A stretch of DNA of 63,875 bases, counting the filler, from Octopus bimaculoides (taxonomy: Eukaryota), in NCBI RefSeq assembly GCF_001194135.2. It is 6 parts of 5 records of this genome, joined end to end, with 100 filler letters (N's around TTAATTAATTAA, not from the genome) between each part and the next. Parts side by side here need not be neighbours in the genome. Positions count along the whole stretch, not along the records: positions 1 to 12,778 come from NC_068983.1; positions 12,879 to 26,901 come from NC_068987.1; 4 more parts are not named here. One strand, written 5' to 3'. Every line of letters begins with the position of its first letter. Position 1 is the first letter of the stretch. The position numbers were made by a program, and so were the translations under genes. The notes under the pieces are model-generated. The model searched no databases and was not told the origin of the DNA. It worked only from the letters and a program-made list of their open reading frames with translations. Positions 1 through 12,939 of the stretch are shown here, in pieces.

Positions 1-34
1 ATATATATATATATCAATGTGTATACATACACAC

Positions 35-71
<37 letters not shown>

Positions 72-107
72 TACATACATACATACATACATACATACAT
101 ACATACA

Positions 108-140
<33 letters not shown>

Positions 141-170
141 GAGTGTGTGTGCTCGCGTACGTGTGTGTGT
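1..170. repeat. (TA)/(CA)/(TACA)n compound microsatellite
   Basis: Directly visible tandem repeats. Confidence 0.95.
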
Positions 171-174
171 ATAT

Positions 175-319
175 AATATTTGTAAACAAATCAGGAAGGC
201 TTTGTAAGTTACGGACAGGAACCTACTATGGAAGACTCATTGTACAATAATAACTGAGTGTTCCATATTAATTTTCTCTCCGTAACTTACAAAGCTTTTC
301 TGGTTTGTTTACAAATATT
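175..319. mobile_element. Small fold-back, MITE-like inverted-repeat element
   Basis: Arms 175-215 and 279-319 are reverse complements over 41 bp with about 3 mismatches. A second inner pair (tatggaagactca / tgagtgttccata) also pairs. TA-rich flanks. Confidence 0.7.
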
Positions 320-541
320 GTATGTAGTATTAGACAGTTTAAGTAGATATTCATTAAATTTGACTGAAACTGATCGGTGAGCGTTTGGCCCAATCTGATC
401 CGCAAGGAGCCTTGTTAGCGTTGATTTGTTGGTTCGATTCTGGCTAGGGTTAGCTCATCATTTTTCGATGATTTGTTTGTATTTAAAAATCATCGCTTCA
501 AATACTATTATGATATATCATTTTACAGTTATATATATATG

Positions 542-592
<51 letters not shown>

Positions 593-1384
593 GCAAACAT
601 ACAACATGAATTCTTGAACATGAGGGCCACAGACTTGAAAACGATGGGTTCTGCTGGTAGCAGGTGTGCAGAGAGTTACCATGCAGGCTGACACATGCGT
701 ATGGAAATGTCTGATACATAATATATATACACATAGATACACACACGTACATACATAGGCACTCATATAACTAATTAATAAAATTAGTTAATTATATTGA
801 TTAGTTACGAAAAGCTTTAGAACACATTATAGTGTGTAAATAAAGAATGGTTTCTATAATAGGTTTCTTGGTGATGGAATTTATGGTTACATGACAGGAC
901 CCACCTTTTGAGAAAGGGCTCTGCTCGAAATGCAAGAATTCGCTTCCAGTTGCGACATACAAACTTATTAATGCTTGGATGTTTGGGAATTAGAAATATT
1001 CTTTTCTGCTTATTGTCGATGGAATATGGCAAAGATTTCTCTCACGCGAAAGAAACATTATATGTATGTCTGTATGTGTATATTTACATGTGTGTATGCA
1101 GGTATATATGTATGCATACACACAAATGTACTCACACACGCACACAAACACACACACACACAGATTTATGTATAAGAATATTTTGCTGTTGACGCCGCTG
1201 GAATGAACAACCTTATCAATAATGGCGCGAAATTGTAATGAATCTTGGTCGGTAACAGATGAGGGATGAGCATGTCCACGCCTTGTGTGTTTATTCCGTG
1301 CGTTCGTTGTCGTCTTTCTCTGCAATATTTTACTTTCTCCTTCACCTCTCTCTCTCTCTCGCTGTATATATGTATGTATGTATG

Positions 1385-1421
<37 letters not shown>

Positions 1422-2341
1422 NNNNNNNNNNNNNNNNNNNNNNNNNNNNNNNNNNNNNNNNNNNNNNNNNNNNNNNNNNNNNNNNNNNNNNNNNNNNNNN
1501 NNNNNNNNNNNNNNNNNNNNNNNNNNNNNNNNNNNNNNNNNNNNNNNNNNNNNNNNNNNNNNNNNNNNNNNNNNNNNNNNNNNNNNNNNNNNNNNNNNNN
1601 NNNNNNNNNNNNNNNNNNNNNNNNNNNNNNNNNNNNNNNNNNNNNNNNNNNNNNNNNNNNNNNNNNNNNNNNNNNNNNNNNNNNNNNNNNNNNNNNNNNN
1701 NNNNNNNNNNNNNNNNNNNNNNNNNNNNNNNNNNNNNNNNNNNNNNNNNNNNNNNNNNNNNNNNNNNNNNNNNNNNNNNNNNNNNNNNNNNNNNNNNNNN
1801 NNNNNNNNNNNNNNNNNNNNNNNNNNNNNNNNNNNNNNNNNNNNNNNNNNNNNNNNNNNNNNNNNNNNNNNNNNNNNNNNNNNNNNNNNNNNNNNNNNNN
1901 NNNNNNNNNNNNNNNNNNNNNNNNNNNNNNNNNNNNNNNNNNNNNNNNNNNNNNNNNNNNNNNNNNNNNNNNNNNNNNNNNNNNNNNNNNNNNNNNNNNN
2001 NNNNNNNNNNNNNNNNNNNNNNNNNNNNNNNNNNNNNNNNNNNNNNNNNNNNNNNNNNNNNNNNNNNNNNNNNNNNNNNNNNNNNNNNNNNNNNNNNNNN
2101 NNNNNNNNNNNNNNNNNNNNNNNNNNNNNNNNNNNNNNNNNNNNNNNNNNNNNNNNNNNNNNNNNNNNNNNNNNNNNNNNNNNNNNNNNNNNNNNNNNNN
2201 NNNNNNNNNNNNNNNNNNNNNNNNNNNNNNNNNNNNNNNNNNNNNNNNNNNNNNNNNNNNNNNNNNNNACAGTTAATGAGTGAAACTAATAGACATAGTG
2301 GCATCGATTACACATCCGTTCATACATGTACGTACGTACGT

Positions 2342-2395
<54 letters not shown>

Positions 2396-3178
2396 GTATT
2401 TTTATATACACACACACTCACATACATATAGACCGACAAACAGATACATACATACAAACAAACAAACATACATACATACATACATACATACAAACATACA
2501 TACATACATACATACATACATACATACATACACACATACACACATACATACACACTACATACATTGACGACACAAATGCCACTCAATACCCTGATATTTC
2601 TGTAAAACCATCCCGCTTCATTTACCATAATTTCGTGCTTTTTCAGAAATAACAGCTTCAAATTGTTCCATTTACTCTACGGAATACACTAATGGAAAAG
2701 ATTTGCCTGAGGCTAAGAAAACTGGTTGTCGCTTCTCGGCTTAGAATATGATAACCACTTAAACATGGTTCTGTGTTTACGGGCCCCCATAGTAAGTTGA
2801 TGGCTTATGATGCATTGGCAGTAAGGTTTTATAATTAATGTAATAAAGAATGCAGAATTAAAGCATAAAAGAAAGGATATCCTTGGCAACACGGATGACT
2901 ATTAAAGACTTGAATTTGATTGTGTAAGGATAAGAATGTCAAATGTAAATCCACATGCTAATGGCGCACACAAATATGTATGTATTTATGTATGGAAATA
3001 TGTATCTGTGTATGTCTGTACCTGTGTCTATGTAATTATGTATGTATATATGTATGTATGCATGCATGTACGTGTGTGTATGTTATTATGTATGTAAATA
3101 TGTATGTGTGTATGCTGTATGCCTGTACGTATATGTATGTAATTATGTACGTACATACTTATGCATGTTTTCGATATT

Positions 3179-3478
3179 GAAGGCGTGTGGCTCAGTGTTA
3201 AGGATATTCGACTCGTGATCGTAAAGATGTGAGTTCGATACCCAGTGGCGCGTTGAGTCCTTCAGCAAGATGCTTCATTTCACGTCACTCCAGTCCACTC
3301 AGCTAGCAAAAATGGGTTGCATCTGTAATTTAAAGGGCCGGCTTTGACACATTGTGTGTCACACTTAATATCTCTGAGGACTACATTAAAGGTACGTGGT
3401 AATCTTAATTTCACGAGTAGGCTGTTCCGTTGGTTTGGATCAACTAGAACCCTCATCGTCGTAACAGACGGAGTGCCA
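3179..3478 (+). mobile_element. tRNA-derived SINE, family A (CORE-like ccttgagcaagacact segment)
   Basis: A-box/B-box-like head (tggctcagtg ... gagttcgatacc). Body shared with copies at 10221 and 12940. Confidence 0.85.
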
Positions 3479-3849
3479 TATCTTGCTTATTCACCGTGAA
3501 AATGACGATTTATTAACGGTTAGCATATATCAGCACACATCAGGAAACAATTTTTCGCTGATGTTTTAAACGAACGCCTCAGACTATCGTCAGATTCATG
3601 AATCCGTGATACCTTTCACTGACACGCCACAACGATGTCGAAACACCGGTTGTCATAGATTCCGTTGAGTTAACGAACCCAATGTGTTATGAAGGCTATG
3701 AAGACATATTCGTCGTAAAGGAGATTGCACTGTTTCATTATTAAAGGGGGGAGAGAGAGAGAGAGAAAAGTTGGGAGGGTGTATGAGGGCCTTTCATTCG
3801 CAGTTATTTAGCAAAAATGACATACCTAAGGGTTTTGTCAAATTAAAGG

Positions 3850-4147
3850 TTCGATAATTTTCTCAGCCCTGATGTGGCCCTAATAGATACTTACACACTA
3901 ACAGTTAACCTCGGGGAACCATGAAAGGTATTCATAACCTTAGTCTATGTAGTTGTTCCACATGCTAAAAATAACAGCCAAACTTTCTTCAAATCATATC
4001 TTTCTGTCTTAAAAAAGAAGGGACTCACTGGACAATATAATGTAGTCTTGCTTCTAAAAAATGGTGAGATGGTCACGACAGAAATGTCTTTAACCGTCAG
4101 TTTGAGTTGTAAGGGTTGACCATGGGTTAAACAACATCAACAACCTC
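3850..4147 (+). repeat. Interspersed repeat ending in a CAA-type tail (probable retroposon 3' end)
   Basis: Ends ggttaaacaacatcaacaac. A related segment (aaccaaatcttcctcataccacatcttgtcatctta) occurs near 52520-52570. Confidence 0.4.
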
Positions 4148-4739
4148 AAAAGAAATTGTTGTTATTTATATGTACCTAAGAGGCTGAGAGAAAGAGGGAG
4201 AGGTAAGGAGAGGGAGGAAGAGACAGAAAGAAGTAGTGTGTGAGAGAGAGAGAGGTAGATAGAGACAGAGAGGTAGTGTGAAATAGAGAGAGAGGGAAGG
4301 GGAGAGGAAAAGGGAGTCAGAGAAAAAAAGAGACTTGACGAGGTAGTAAGAGGGAGAGAAAGAGAGATAGAGGAGAAGGGAAAGAGAGTGAGAGGGGGAG
4401 AGAAGGCAGGTGGTGTACCAAGCCAAATCGAAGAAGTTGTTTAGCCCTCGGTCAGTCTTGGTCAAGCAGACAGATTTATAATGAAANNNNNNNNNNNNNN
4501 NNNNNNNNNNNNNNNNNNNNNNNNNNNNNNNNNNNNNNNNNNNNNNNNNNNNNNNNNNNNNNNNNNNNNNNNNNNNNNNNNNNNNNNNNNNNNNNNNNNN
4601 NNNNNNNNNNNNNNNNNNNNNNNNNNNNNNNNNNNNNNNNNNNNNNNNNNNNNNNNNNNNNNNNNNNNNNNNNNNNNNNNNNNNNNNNNNNNNNNNNNNN
4701 NNNNNNNNNNNNNNNNNNNNNNNNNNNNNNNNNNNNNNN

Positions 4740-4793
<54 letters not shown>

Positions 4794-5074
4794 AGGGAGA
4801 GAGAGACACACGCACAGAGAAAACCCATATTAAAAAGAAGCCAGTCGCTTGTCTGTCACAGCTCAAAGCGAGACACTAAGCGTATTGTGCATTTTCGCTG
4901 CACTGAATTCAATTGTTAGTGCAACACTTAAGTCAAAAGGATTCTGTGATTGTTTAGGAATTGAATGGCTTCTGTTGTTGAGAAGAAAGACGCTTGTTTA
5001 GTAGAGATATAGGCAGACAGTTAGAACGACACAAATATATGTGTGTGTGTGTATGCACACACGCACACACACAC

Positions 5075-5117
<43 letters not shown>

Positions 5118-5203
5118 AAGAGAGAGGGAGACATAAATGGATATGCATATGTATATGTGCTTCTGCATGTGTGAGTGTATGTTTGTGTATCAATTAATCA
5201 ATC

Positions 5204-5270
<67 letters not shown>

Positions 5271-5549
5271 ATATGTATATGTTTCTGCATGTGTGTATAT
5301 GTGTGTGTATACATACACACATATACACACACAAAAGCATACATATATATGCACACATACTTATGAACAAAGTACAGCACAGTTTCCACACTGACTCCGG
5401 AATGATCCAGAAATTATTTAAGCTAAAATAACAGGGGCTATAGCATACATCTTTGTGAAGTAAATACTTGAATAGATCAAATTTAAAACAAGCCAGGCAA
5501 ACAAAAGACGTAATAATAATACGAGCATAAACTCTCTCTCACAAATATT

Positions 5550-5586
<37 letters not shown>

Positions 5587-5848
5587 TTGAGAAATGATTA
5601 GAAAAATATATTTGCTATTATTTCTTCACCATTACATGTGTTTCATTTGCTAAAAGGTGTAACAAAATTGTAAATGTAAGACGTCTCCTATTAGAGATTT
5701 CTTTCTAATCATCTCTTCTGAAATGTAATTACTCTGCAAAAAATATTTTCCTGTGTTTTTTTCAACTCTTATGCATACCTCACACAAATATAACATCTAC
5801 AAACAACTTTGGAGTACTGGAATAAGCATATGTGACCCTCTCTACATT

Positions 5849-5896
<48 letters not shown>

Positions 5897-6465
5897 ACGC
5901 ACATACTTTAAGTAATGTGGAACTAACTCAACCTGATATGTATACTTAAAATTCCAATGAAATATGTTGAGTTTTACTTTCTTTCGCTTCTCCACCTTCG
6001 CGTGTGCATACACACACAAACACACACACACAAACACAAACACACATAGGTACATGCGCACGCGAACACACATCATCAAGATCATCGACACGTAACACCT
6101 CTTCATAAAATGGAGAAATACGATGTTAAGGTAGACTATTGTACCCCAATTATCTAATTTCAGGTGCAACCAATTTCCGGCGCCCTTAATTTTACCGATG
6201 CTTTATCTCTTGTAAAATATACACGTTAATATCTTGCTATTTCTGAGTAAGCCAGCTATTTTAAAAGACATACAAGATTCCGTAAAACGGTGCCAACGGG
6301 TGCCAAAATAGACAAAATGTCTATCTAATTCCAGTTCTGTTGATTCTTGCGCTATCTTCAAGAATTTCCGGGCCAAATTGTTACCATGCTATTTAAATGT
6401 TCTTTTACATCTCTTCATGTACATATAAATATATCTACATCCAAACCATACATACACGCCTCCAC

Positions 6466-6525
<60 letters not shown>

Positions 6526-7084
6526 NNNNNNNNNNNNNNNNNNNNNNNNNNNNNNNNNNNNNNNNNNNNNNNNNNNNNNNNNNNNNNNNNNNNNNNNNNN
6601 NNNNNNNNNNNNNNNNNNNNNNNNNNNNNNNNNNNNNNNNNNNNNNNNNNNNNNNNNNNNNNNNNNNNNNNNNNNNNNNNNNNNNNNNNNNNNNNNNNNN
6701 NNNNNNNNNNNNNNNNNNNNNNNNNNNNNNNNNNNNNNNNNNNNNNNNNNNNNNNNNNNNNNNNNNNNNNNNNNNNNNNNNNNNNNNNNNNNNNNNNNNN
6801 NNNNNNNNNNNNNNNNNNNNNNNNNNNNNNNNNNNNNNNNNNNNNNNNNNNNNNNNNNNNNNNNNNNNNNNNNNNNNNNNNNNNNNNNNNNNNNNNNNNN
6901 NNNNNNNNNNNNNNNNNNNNNNNNNNNNNNNNNNNNNNNNNNNNNNNNNNNNNNNNNNNNNNNNNNNNNNNNNNNNNNNNNNNNNNNNNNNNNNNNNNNN
7001 NNNNNNNNNNNNNNNNNNNNNNNNNNNNNNNNNNNNNNNNNNNNNNNNNNNNNNNNNNNNNNNNNNNNNNNNNNNNNNNNNNNN

Positions 7085-7119
<35 letters not shown>

Positions 7120-7121
<2 letters not shown>

Positions 7122-7283
7122 CGCGGGCGTGGCTGTGTGATAAGAAGCTTACTTCCTAACCACATGGTTCTGGGTTCAGTCCCACTGTGTGGCACCTTGG
7201 GTAAGTGTCTTCTGCTATAGCCTCAGGCTGACCGAAGCCTTGTCAGTGTATTTTGGTAGACGGAAACTGGAAGAAACCTGTCG

Positions 7284-7314
<31 letters not shown>

Positions 7315-7520
7315 ATTTGTGTCTGTGTTTGTCCCCACACCATCGCTTGACAACCGATGTTGGTGTGTTTACGTGCCAGTAACTTAGCAGTTCGGCTAAA
7401 GTGAACGATAGAATAAGTACCAGGCTTACGAAGAATAAGTCCCGGGCATCGATTTGTTCGACTAAAGACGATGCTCCAGCCTGGCCGCAGTCTAATGGCT
7501 GAAACAAGTAAAAGATAGAA
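7120..7520 (+). mobile_element. tRNA-derived SINE, family B (bipartite, internal microsatellite)
   Basis: Head ggcgcgggcgtggctgtgtg...gggttcagtccc, TA/GT spacer, conserved tail ending gaaacaagtaaaag. Homologous to copies at 24476, 34545, 58860 and 61120. Confidence 0.9.
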
Positions 7521-7909
7521 GATAAACTAAATGAGTGAATATAGAAGAGTTAATTTAATAACGGAGGTCGTAACGAACTTGGTTCGGTTGTAGTTCGTTT
7601 TATAGTTTAAAGATTATCCCGAGATCTCTTTCGAGTTAGAAATCAGTCTGACTTGAGATTGAGTTTTCAGTGAAATAACGCTCACATGACAATGCTTGAA
7701 CTATAAACAAAACACCCAGCAACAAGGCTCTTTGCGTCGTAATATTTGTTTGGCATTCTTTGATTTGTTTGTGTGTTTTGTGTGCTTGTTGTTTGTTATA
7801 AGTGTTTTTGTCATTTATGCTTCACCTACATTTTTACGCAACTGCACCGAATTACCGTCTACCCAAAGTGTGCCTATAAACACGCAGACACACACACACA
7901 CACGCACGC

Positions 7910-7958
<49 letters not shown>

Positions 7959-10220
7959 CACACACACACACATACATGTGTGTGTGTATATGAATATATT
8001 TTCGTGTTTATTTCTATTTTTGAACTGCATAAACTCTGTTTTCGACAATGTAAAGAAGACATGAGCGACTAAATGACGGTATAACTTCTAAAACGTCTAC
8101 ATAGGATGTATAAAAATATGGTTGGAGTGCTGAGAGGAATACTTCAGGGGACCACTCTGCATTCTAAATACGTATGTGGAAGAGTCTCGCATATAAGAAC
8201 CAATTAACCGAAAATTTTGGAAAATACAGACATCGCAGATTGAAGAGGACTTGGTCTAATGCTAGCTGCTAAAAGTAAAGATGTTTTTCACTTCCGTATG
8301 TCGTCTATAATTTCAGTTTACTGAGATTGTTAGAGTTATCTTCCTTGGTTGTTATCTTTTAGTGATAAATATGTATTTTAAGAACTTTAAGCAATGCAAG
8401 TGAGAGTTTAGGCAGAATATGTAAGTTGAACTCAATAAAAAAAGACAAAGACAAGTTATTTTATCACTCTATGTACGTTGCTTGGTGGTGCTATTATATT
8501 TCGGGAAAGATTCCCCTTATATGAGATAAAAACAATAATTCAAGAGTTCGGAGAAAAAGTATTATTATCGGCTTTCTGCTATTGATATGATCTATCTTTC
8601 CCAGTTACAATTATAAATAAAGTAAATCGTCAATGTTTCTCGTCACAGTACACAAAAATGGCCACAGTTTCAACGAACTTTTGGATTATTTCCAATCTTA
8701 TATTTGATAAAGGGAATATTTCCCGAAATAGCAGCATTAAACAACCTATGCGGAGTGATACAATATTTCGCCTTTGTCTATTTATTGGCATCACCTCATA
8801 TATTTTGCCTAACTTCTTATTTGCATTGCTTAAAAGTTTTATTCTTAAAGTACATATATCATTTTCACATTACAACACTTTCAGCAAATAACTGTACTCT
8901 GCTGTTTTTAGACCTTAATTAGCCCTTACAGCGAAATCTCGTGTACTACATGTTGGCTTCATTTAATCGAGTCTTGTATTTCGTCACACTTTATCAGATC
9001 TGTAACACCCTGTTGCCATATTTGTATTGCAAAAGATACAAAATTTTAACATCATATGTTTCTCGATGACTGCGATTTACTTGGTGACATATAATCCGCT
9101 TTCTCTTAAAAAAAAAAAAGATCGTTTATACAAAGAGTTAATCCCATCTGACTTAACTGATGAAATACTAACTGCTGCTAATAGTGGAGGTGGTATGGTG
9201 AAGGTGGTGTGGTGGGGGTGGGGGTGGTACTTGTACTGATGAACTGTACCACTTTGTGATACTTAGTATAACCCAGACTATCAGAGCTGTGAGTCAACGG
9301 TCAAGGTCACAGACACCGATACTATGTCGGTTTCCCATTACATGTATATTTATATTTATGAGTATACACATATATTTGTATGTGTGTGTGTATATATATA
9401 TATATATATAGGAGAAGAAAATGGATGTAATTACAAGGGGAAACTCATCGTTTTCGCTGCTATATCTTTAATTTAATTACACAACAATTAAGAAGGAAGC
9501 AAAGATGATACCTACAATATATATATATATATATATATAGTTTAGACTACACGCACACATATCTAGTCTACATATATGGCTGTGAGTGTGTATATATGAT
9601 TATGAATTTGTGTGTACGTGTGTGTGCGCGTGTGTGTGTGTGAATTAAGCTTTAATTCACAAATAAAGAAATTATATCTACCAATGCGGTGTTCAGCACT
9701 CATTTTCATCGTTTGATATTTACGTACACACACACATACTCACACATACATACAGACCCATACACTCATATATACACTCGCACACGCACGCACACACACA
9801 CACACACGTACATGATGTGAGTCATTAAGTAATCGCAATATACTTAGAATGATTTTTCCTGTTGGAAACCATTAATTGAGCGCGCATCGCTATAAATAAA
9901 TCTCCTTCTAATCGCCACAGCGGGGTTAAGTTGTCCATGTCGTTATGTGAACAATGACCGCTTCGCTTTCTGTTTCGGTCTTGGGAAGCAAGGCGTTTAC
10001 TCATCTGATTCCTTTGCACCAAAATCTATCGGTGGACAGAGCAGGCGTCTAAATCGAAATAAGGCTTTTAGCCTTCTATGGGGTCGGTATTTTGCTGCCA
10101 CGGTCCGTCTATGAATGGATAGGCAAATTTTAAAATGGGTTGAACTAGGGTTAAGCATGGAGAGCGTCCGGACGCCTGACCTCGTCCTTTCCTGAATTGC
10201 ATAAGGACGCTTATGCGGAA

Positions 10221-10533
10221 ATGGCGTGTGACCAAGTGGTTAGGGTTCTTCTGCTAATGATCGTATGGTTTTGAGTTCGATACCCGGTGGTGCGTTGCGT
10301 CCTTGGACAAGACACTTTATTTCATGTTGCTCGAGTCCCAACGGCTGGCTAAAATGAGTTGTACCTGTAATTCAAAAGGGTCCAGCCGTGACACATTTTG
10401 TGTAACTCGGGTTTTCCCTGAGAACTACATTAAGGATACGAGTGTTTGTGGAGCGCTCGACTACTTTTACGAACAGGCTATTCCATTGATCGCATCAATT
10501 GGAAGGTTCATCGTCGTAACCTACGGAGAGCCA
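10221..10533 (+). mobile_element. tRNA-derived SINE, family A
   Basis: Aligns by eye with 3179-3478 and 12940-13258. Confidence 0.85.
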
Positions 10534-10826
10534 GTAGAAGCAAGAGGACTATCTTAATAAATGTTATGAGGCATTATTTACATTCAACGGATATTTGTCC
10601 TTATCTTGTTTGTTGTTAACACGTTTCGGCTGATATACCCTCCAGCCTGGGGAAATTTCGAACCTGGGTTCTCATTCCTAAGGTATTTTTCGGTGTAATT
10701 ATTATTATTATTATTATTATTATTATNNNNNNNNNNNNNNNNNNNNNNNNNNNNNNNNNNNNNNNNNNNNNNNNNNNNNNNNNNNNNNNNNNNNNNNNNN
10801 NNNNNNNNNNNNNNNNNNNNNNNNNN

Positions 10827-10952
10827 GGGAATACTCATGTCAATTAATAAACACGTCTTCTTTGTCTGGTCTTTTAAAATAATATCCGGTTTATAAGCTT
10901 TTATAGTCTTGTCGGTATGTACGGGGAAGTCCCAGAGAATCGATACATTTTC
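10827..10952 (-). mobile_element. R4/Dong-type non-LTR retrotransposon fragment (RLE endonuclease)
   Basis: Minus strand reads ENVSILWDFPVHTDKTIKAYKPDIILKDQTKKTCLLIDMSIP, matching the WD...PDI...ID RLE motif. Confidence 0.8.
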
Positions 10953-11152
10953 TCCCCCACATGGCTATGATGCTCCCCCACTGCTTCTGATCATGATCAG
11001 AGATGCACATATCGTCAGCCACCAAGGGACATGCTCAACTAATTAAGGTCAAACAACTGACAAGTAAATCTGTGGTATTAAGCAGAATATCTGTTGTCAC
11101 CCATCTTATTATCATCATCATCATTATCATCATTATTATTATTCCTAGTATT

Positions 11153-11366
11153 AAGGCGGCGAGCTGGCAGAGTGGTTAGCACGCCGGGCGAAATGCTTAG
11201 CGATATTTCTTCGTCTGTCTTTACGTTCTGAGATCAAATCCGCCGAGGTCGACTTTGCCTTTCATCCTTTCGGGGTCGACAAAATAAGTACCGGTTACGT
11301 ACTGGGGTCGATGTAATCGACTAGCCCCCTTCCCCAAAAAATTTCAAGGCCTTGTACCTAAAGTGG
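11153..11366 (+). mobile_element. tRNA-derived SINE, family C
   Basis: Head aggcggcgagctggcagagtggttagc, body ccgccgaggtcgactttgcctttcatcc. Many homologues in the window. Confidence 0.9.
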
Positions 11367-11404
11367 AAATAATAATGATTATTATTATTATTATTATTAT
11401 TAAT

Positions 11405-11830
11405 CGAGTAGGCAGAATCATTACTGCGCCGACAAAATGCTTAGCTGCATTTCTTTCGATCTTACGTTCTGAGTTCAAATTCCGCCGAGCTCGACTTTGC
11501 CTTTTCAGCTGGTACTTATTTTATCGACTTTTGGGATCGATGAAATAAAGTACCCACTTCTGTAAAATTGATGGCATTGTGTCGAAATTTGAAGCCAATA
11601 TTGGACTATTTCCTCTGGTCAATAGACGGGGAAGATTTACAAGTCTATTTACGAAAATTTTCCCTCGCCACCGTTTTCTAATTCACACACAATTCACATG
11701 TTTGCACACATTTTTGTATTCCGTTATAATTCTCAATATTCTGAGTTCAATCCCCGTTTGAGCCGACTTTGATTTTCACCTTCCCATGGTCGATAAAATG
11801 AAATACCAGTTAACTACTAGAGTTGATTTC
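11405..11830 (+). mobile_element. Two further degenerate family C SINE copies in tandem
   Basis: gttctgagttcaaattccgccgagctcgactttg (about 11465) and gagttcaatccccgtttgagccgactttg (about 11742). Confidence 0.65.
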
Positions 11831-12592
11831 CTAGACTGTCCCTCCCTCCCTCGCTCGCATTCCTTGCTGCACCTACGATAGAAATTGTTTTGCTGATTAT
11901 AAAGGTATCTATAGGTGAGAGAAATGGTAAAGTCGAAGGTAAAATGGCCTTTAAGTGTTTACTTAATTTTCTTTACGTGAGAACTTCAAATCCCGGCTGG
12001 TCGACCCTTTTTTTTTTCAGGGAGCTCAAGAGAATAATTACTAGGACTAATTTTATGGATTACATTGGACACATGTGCAACCTTAATTTTATTCTTAGTA
12101 ATTATTAATTAATAAGCGATTTTTTAAAAAAATAACATCTTCCTTATTTTTCTTAAAGATTCCATACAATTTTGTTGTATCTCGAGGTGAGATATAAATA
12201 AACATACGCACTGACAGACCTGAAGTAGAGAGTGGGGGGACATGGCATTGATAAGGGCGTGGATGGCAACGAAAGGACTTTGACAAACGTAACCCAATGA
12301 TCGATTGACCGAGCGATTTATTAAAGAATCGATTAGTTGATTGGTTAAATATTTAATCAAACGACGAATAAAAACTAAAGCAGTGAAATAGGATCAATGC
12401 GCGTGTTACTGTTGGCATAACGACCCTCCCGAGATACAACAAAATCTGTTTCAACACACGAGTTCCCATCAAGAATCCTGTGAGTCAAATACAAAAGCGA
12501 AATGAAATACATTTGGTGAATCAAAAGTAAAAAGAAAACTGTTCTTTCAGAAATAAGTATTTGTGCAATAAGTTAAACGAACTCTTAGTGTG

Positions 12593-12778
12593 TAGTGGTT
12601 CTCAACTGGGGTCCATGCGGTCCTTGGGGGTCCATGTGGTCCTTGGGGGTCCATGTGGTCCTTGGGGGTCCATGTGGTCTTTGGGGTTCATGTGGCCCTT
12701 GGGGTCCATGTAGTCCTTGGGGGTCAGTTGGCCCTTGAAGGTCCATGTGGTCCTTGGGGTCCATGTGGCCCTTAGGGG
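12593..12778 (+). mobile_element. hAT-like MITE end expanded into a 19-20 bp minisatellite (ggggtccatgtggtccttg)
   Basis: Starts tagtggttctcaac, resembling a hAT/Charlie TIR, followed by about 9 tandem units running into a gap. Confidence 0.6.
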
Positions 12779-12878
12779 NNNNNNNNNNNNNNNNNNNNNN
12801 NNNNNNNNNNNNNNNNNNNNNNTTAATTAATTAANNNNNNNNNNNNNNNNNNNNNNNNNNNNNNNNNNNNNNNNNNNN

Positions 12879-12911
<33 letters not shown>

Positions 12912-12939
12912 CACACATACATACATACATACACACATA

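Noticed and set aside
1259-2431. Long ORFs of 250-600 aa in the ORF track (also 6347-7220, 17606-18253, 41797-43726)
   Set aside because: They run through N-gaps and dinucleotide repeats that lack stop codons, so they are not evidence of genes.
3179-3250. tRNA-like sequences at SINE heads
   Set aside because: They continue into repeated SINE bodies and lack a complete cloverleaf, so they are not tRNA genes.
12593-12778. Regular short repeats resembling a CRISPR array
   Set aside because: No unique spacers, no cas genes, eukaryotic context; it is a minisatellite.
12823-12834. TTAATTAATTAA islands inside N-runs (also 26946, 39378, 56079, 62625)
   Set aside because: An identical 12-mer centred in gaps is an assembly spacer artefact, not biology.
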